A program made the position numbers and the translations under genes. From contig JBHGNT010000011.1 in the NCBI GenBank assembly GCA_043228905.1, positions 12,524,001 through 12,588,000 on the forward strand: a DNA stretch of 64,000 nt, written 5' to 3'. Below the pieces are notes generated by a model. The model saw only the letters and a list, made by a program, of their open reading frames with translations, was not told the origin of the DNA and ran no database searches. Positions 59,517 through 64,000 of the stretch are shown here, in pieces. Source of the DNA: Azolla caroliniana (taxonomy: Eukaryota; Plantae; Polypodiophyta). Position 1 is the stretch's first letter, and each line of letters opens with the position of its first letter.

Positions 59517-62330
59517 TCTACTAACATTTCCATTGGAATCATGCTTTATCTTGTAGACCCATTTGCAACCTACAACATTTTTTCCTTTTGGTAACTTTAC
59601 CAAATCCCATGTTCTGTTTTCAGCCAATGCATCTATTTCTTCTTGCATTGCATTCACCCATTTCTTATCATATTTTGCTTCATCAAAATTATTTGGATTA
59701 GGGATTTGTACCACTTTAGACATGTATGCATAATGCATAGCCATGTATGTATCATAACCAAATCTTTCAACAGTCTTTTTCTCTCTATCTAATCTTCTCA
59801 GTTTCTGATTTGCATCTTTCATTGTCTTTTCCATACTAGGGATTTTCAAGGCTCCTATACCAAGCTCGTCATCCAATGATGTATCTGAATCTACATCTTC
59901 CATGTTTCTAGACCCATCATCAAACATTTCATATTCTGGCATCTTCTGTTTTCCCTTTCTGGCATCTTCTGTTTTCCCTTTCTATCATCATATTTTTTTT
60001 GTCTTGCATTCTTTCCACTCCAAGCATTAGATTCAGATTTACTACCTCAGCTTCTAGATGGTTCAGTACATTCCATTGATGTGGAACTTTGTTGTCCAAC
60101 ATTGTTTCCATCTCTATGGTTATCTCTTACATTTTCAGATTTATCCTTGTCTTCATTTTGAACATTGTCTTCATCAGTTTCTACATTTTGTTTTGGTCTG
60201 TACGAGCTGCCCAACTCATTAAATATTACATCCTGACTTACCACAATCTTTTTTGTCAATGGGTTAGCATATATACCCTTTTTGCTCCTCTGAATATCCA
60301 ACAAAAACACATTTTTCAGCTTTTGGATCAAGCTTACTTCTTGCTTCAGTAGGTACATGAACATAGGCAAGGCATCCAAACACTTTTAAGTGTCATAAAC
60401 TCGGCTTTCTGCCATAGAAACATTCTTCAGGAGTTACTTCATGTACTCCAGATATTATACATCTATTTAGGATATAGTTTGTTGTGTTTACAGCTTCTGC
60501 CTAGTAATACAATGACATTTTTTTTTGTCATCATGGCTCTTGCTATGTTCACCAGAGTTCTGTTTTTTCTCTCAACAACTCCATTTTGATGTGGAGTATA
60601 TCTACATGTAAAATATCTCCTTATTCCTTGATTACATAGAAAATCAGAAAATTCATTTGAGAAGTATTCAGATCTTAAACACTTTATTTTAGTTCCAGCC
60701 TGCTTTTCCACCATACATTTAAACTTACGAAAGCAATCAAATACTTCACTTTTTTCTTTCATGAAGTAAACCCATGTTTTCCTTGAGCAATCATCAATAA
60801 ATGTTACATAAAACTTACATCCACTAATTGATGCTTTTTTTGTTAGTCCCCATACATCTATATGTACCAAAATCAACAAATTTTTGCTTACATGTCTTTC
60901 ATGAGGGAAAGGCAACCTGTTTTGCTTTCCATATTGACATGCTTCACATATTTTGCTCATCTCACAGTCTTTGAGCTTAGGCAGTCCAACCACTGCATTT
61001 TTCCTCAACATATTCTTCAATGTTTGTATACTTATGTGATCGATTCTTTTATGCCACATAAGATTACACTCATTCCTTCTGCAAACATGGCTGTAATCTT
61101 ATTAGGCATATCCACATCTAACACAAACATCATTCCTTGACATTTTCCTTTTGCAATAAGTTTTCCTTGTTTCTCTATAAAGCATCCACTTTGCTTAAAT
61201 TTAACTTGCATTCCTTGCTCCACTATCTGTCCAACAGAAATCAGTTTTTTTGCAAGGTTTGGCACATGCATAACATTCAACATATATTTTGTTTTCCCTT
61301 TTTCTTCCCACAATGGGATATCTCCAACATGCTCTATTTGGTGAGTAGTATTATCACCTGTTTGTACATAACTAGGAATCTTTGGTTCTCTTAGACTTTC
61401 AAACCAGTTTGCATGTCCTGTCATATGATTAGATGCCCCAAAATCTACATACCACATAAACTCTTCATTGCATCTCTGTGAACATTCAACCATTGTTGTT
61501 ATTTCATGTTGCATCACAAATGCACCATCTTTATCACAATCTTCACTAGTTGAAGCATAGTTATTTTGCTATCTCTTCCCTCTTTTTTCATCATTTTGCT
61601 TTTTATAGCATTCAGCCTGTGTATGTTTTCCACAATACCAATAGCCATCATCATTCAAATAAGTTTGCTTACCTCTACCTCGATTGCTCCCCCTGCCTTT
61701 GATGTTGTTTCTTCCACTTGTAACCTATTGTCCTCTTCCTTGATAACAATTATTGTTGGTTCTAGCTGAACCAAATCTTCCATGACCTTTTGCTCGGCCT
61801 CTTCCAGCACTATTGTAGAGGGCTTGCCCCTCAGTCTCAGAGTTTCCTTTGTTTACATCATCCCTACAAGCATTGAAACCAGATCTGGAAAACTTGGGAT
61901 GTTATCCCTTGTGAGAATAGATGTTTTGAAGCTTTTATATTGAGGTCCTAAGCATATTTCCACATTATCATCATCTTCTACCTTCACATTGATAGAAGCA
62001 AGTGATTCACATATGCTCTTTATTTTCAGAGCATACTCATTCACTGACATCTTACCTTTTTCCAAGGTATTTAGCTCAGCCTTCAACTAAAGCTTTCTAG
62101 CCTTTGTGTTCACTGTGAACAGTTTTACCAAATTGTCCCAAGCTTCTTTTGGAAGCTCCTGTATGTGTCCAAGCATCGAATCTGAGATGTTAAGTGAGAG
62201 CCAATGTAATACCTTTCTTGCCCCTTGATTCCATTCCTTAAATGCTTTAATCTGTGCAGTAGTTGCATTTTCTTTAGGGATCTCTAGAGCCTCTTCTAGG
62301 TCTCCTTCAACGTAATCCCAGTATCCTTTT

Positions 62331-64000
62331 TGTTGAGAGACAAGCTCAACATCGGCCGGATCGGCTGAAGAAGCCGAGGACCGGATCGGTTGGGACCGAT
62401 CGGTTAGGCTGAGTGCGTAAACCGGGAGGTCATTAGGAAAGATATTCCGTGAGGAATATATTTGGGAGTTAGTGTAGGAGCTCTAAATGAGCATTGAAGT
62501 ACTGCCAGTACTTCTGTCAGTCCTTCTAGGACTTGTATAAGAGTGTTCATTGAACACACATATGTATAGAGTGTGGTGAATACAGACTGAGCATTTTTTT
62601 GAATATATTTCTTGTGTTCTCTCTCACTCTCTCTGTCTCTCCCGCGTATATTGCGTAAGCTCAAGCTCTCCATTAAACCTGAGTTTTCTTCCTTCTGTTC
62701 GGTCTTCATACCTGCTTCCGCACGCCACTTTCTACATGGTATCAGAGCGCGAGGGTTGAGAACCTCTCTGCAGTCGACACAGCTTGACGAAGAAGAACTA
62801 GAAGAACGATGGATAGAGGCATGACGAGCTCGCTTCCAACAGAGAAGCTCGACAGAACCAACTACGCGTCTTGGTCCTACAAGATGCACCAGTACCTGCT
62901 CGGGCACGGCTACTGGAGTTATGTCGAAGGAGCTAATGACGCGGCACCCGAATCGACACACAGAGACTTCCCATCGTGGGAGCAATCGGCGAGCAGGGTA
63001 TTATACTGCTTCGCGTCGTGTGTGGGCGAACAACTATTGAGCTATGTTCGGGATGCAAAGACACCGAAGGGTGCATGGGAAAATCTGAAGAAGATTTTCG
63101 CTGCGAGCACCACAGCCAGGAAGCTTCAGCTCCGACAGGAGTTGAGCAACCTACGACAATGCGACTTGTCGGTGGCGGACTACACCTCGAAGATCAAGGA
63201 TATCTGCGACTCCCTCGCCTCCATAGAGGTGAACATCGAGGAGAATGAGATGGTCCAGATCTGTCTCGGAGGTTTGGCGTTGAAGTTCGGAGCGTTCCGA
63301 ACGGCTGTGTGTACCCGGGAGAATACGTCGTCCTTTCTCGACTTAAAGTCAATGCTCCTGGTAGAGGAGAACGACGTGGGTGCGTCTACAAGCACGCACA
63401 CCGACAGGAGAATGCTGTACACGGAGGGAGATAGGCCCCGTGGACGTGGAGGACGAGGCGAGTCGGCGCACAATGGAGGCGGCCGACGAGATCAAGGAAG
63501 AAGGCACCGAAGTGATGCCGACAGCAACTCCGGACCCTCCGGAAACAAGGGGAGTCGAAGCGATGAGAACCGGCAAGGGAAGGCCATCGCGGAGTGCTGG
63601 TACTGTGGCAAGAAAGGCCACAGGGAAAGTGAGTGCTGGAAGAAGCGCGCCGAGTCGGAGAGAACCGGTTCCGGAAACGGCTCCGGACATACCGACAAGG
63701 GAAATCGGCAGCGATCGCACTACGCCGAAGACTCCGGGAGAGCCGGAGAAGGGTCTGCCTTCGTGACGAGACACGAAGCAAACTCAATGAAATGAACCAC
63801 CCCGAGATCGGACGAGGTGTGGTACGTAGACTCCGGCGCGTCAAACCACATGACGAGCCATAAGGAGTGGTTCTTGTACCTTGAAAAACCGATACAACCT
63901 GGAGTAGTCGCAACTGGAGATGACACTCCGCATCCGATCGCGAATGTCGAAGAAGTTCCCCTTAGCCATGTCGGGCAGAAAGGGAAACTCATGAACATGT
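62331..64000 (+). mobile_element. E9: copia element related to E1, running off the window
   Basis: 5' LTR 62331-62736, PBS 62737-62748, leader start identical to E1. Inserted in the gag of E8. Confidence 0.92.
62809..64000 (+). pseudogene. E9 gag-pol 5' part, with a premature TGA at 63793-63795 before the protease
   Basis: Gag highly similar to E1, knuckle CWYCGKKGHRESEC. WYVDSGAS continues in frame after the stop. Confidence 0.85.

Larger units (their letters stand above)
56880..62330 (-). mobile_element. E8: old AT-rich degenerate copia (RNase H, RT, IN, PR, gag), interrupted by two solo LTRs and by E9
   Basis: RNase H ORF 56945-57403, RT IYVDD, IN 60463-61059, PR WYVDFGAS. The LTR edge is at 56926 and the PPT at 56927-56938. 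The left LTR boundary is unresolved. Confidence 0.88.

Overview
Plant nuclear, repeat-dense DNA; the PPR protein style and retroelement types suggest a fern or other seed-free land plant (inference). There is one apparent host gene, an intronless PLS-class PPR gene (13325-15895, minus). Most of the rest is a deep nest of Ty1/copia LTR retrotransposons: nine elements or long remnants, several with exact LTR, PBS, PPT and 5-bp TSD boundaries, and one with an intact polyprotein. Four solo LTRs with TSDs, L1-LINE remnants and a Ty3/gypsy integrase fragment are also present. The least explained feature is a non-autonomous DNA transposon present twice in opposite orientations (26273-49215 and 51300-56036). 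It has ~35-bp TIRs (5'-AACACG...), 4-bp TSDs and a large internal foldback. In the second copy the foldback centre holds six ~333-bp units, each with a tRNA-like Pol III A/B-box module, separated by near-perfect 35-bp palindromes. The copia elements also show a conserved stem-loop enclosing the PPT/U3 junction, duplicated PPTs, strong CCGG enrichment, LTR tandem-repeat variation and one likely recombinant. Coordinates were counted by eye and may be off by a few bases.
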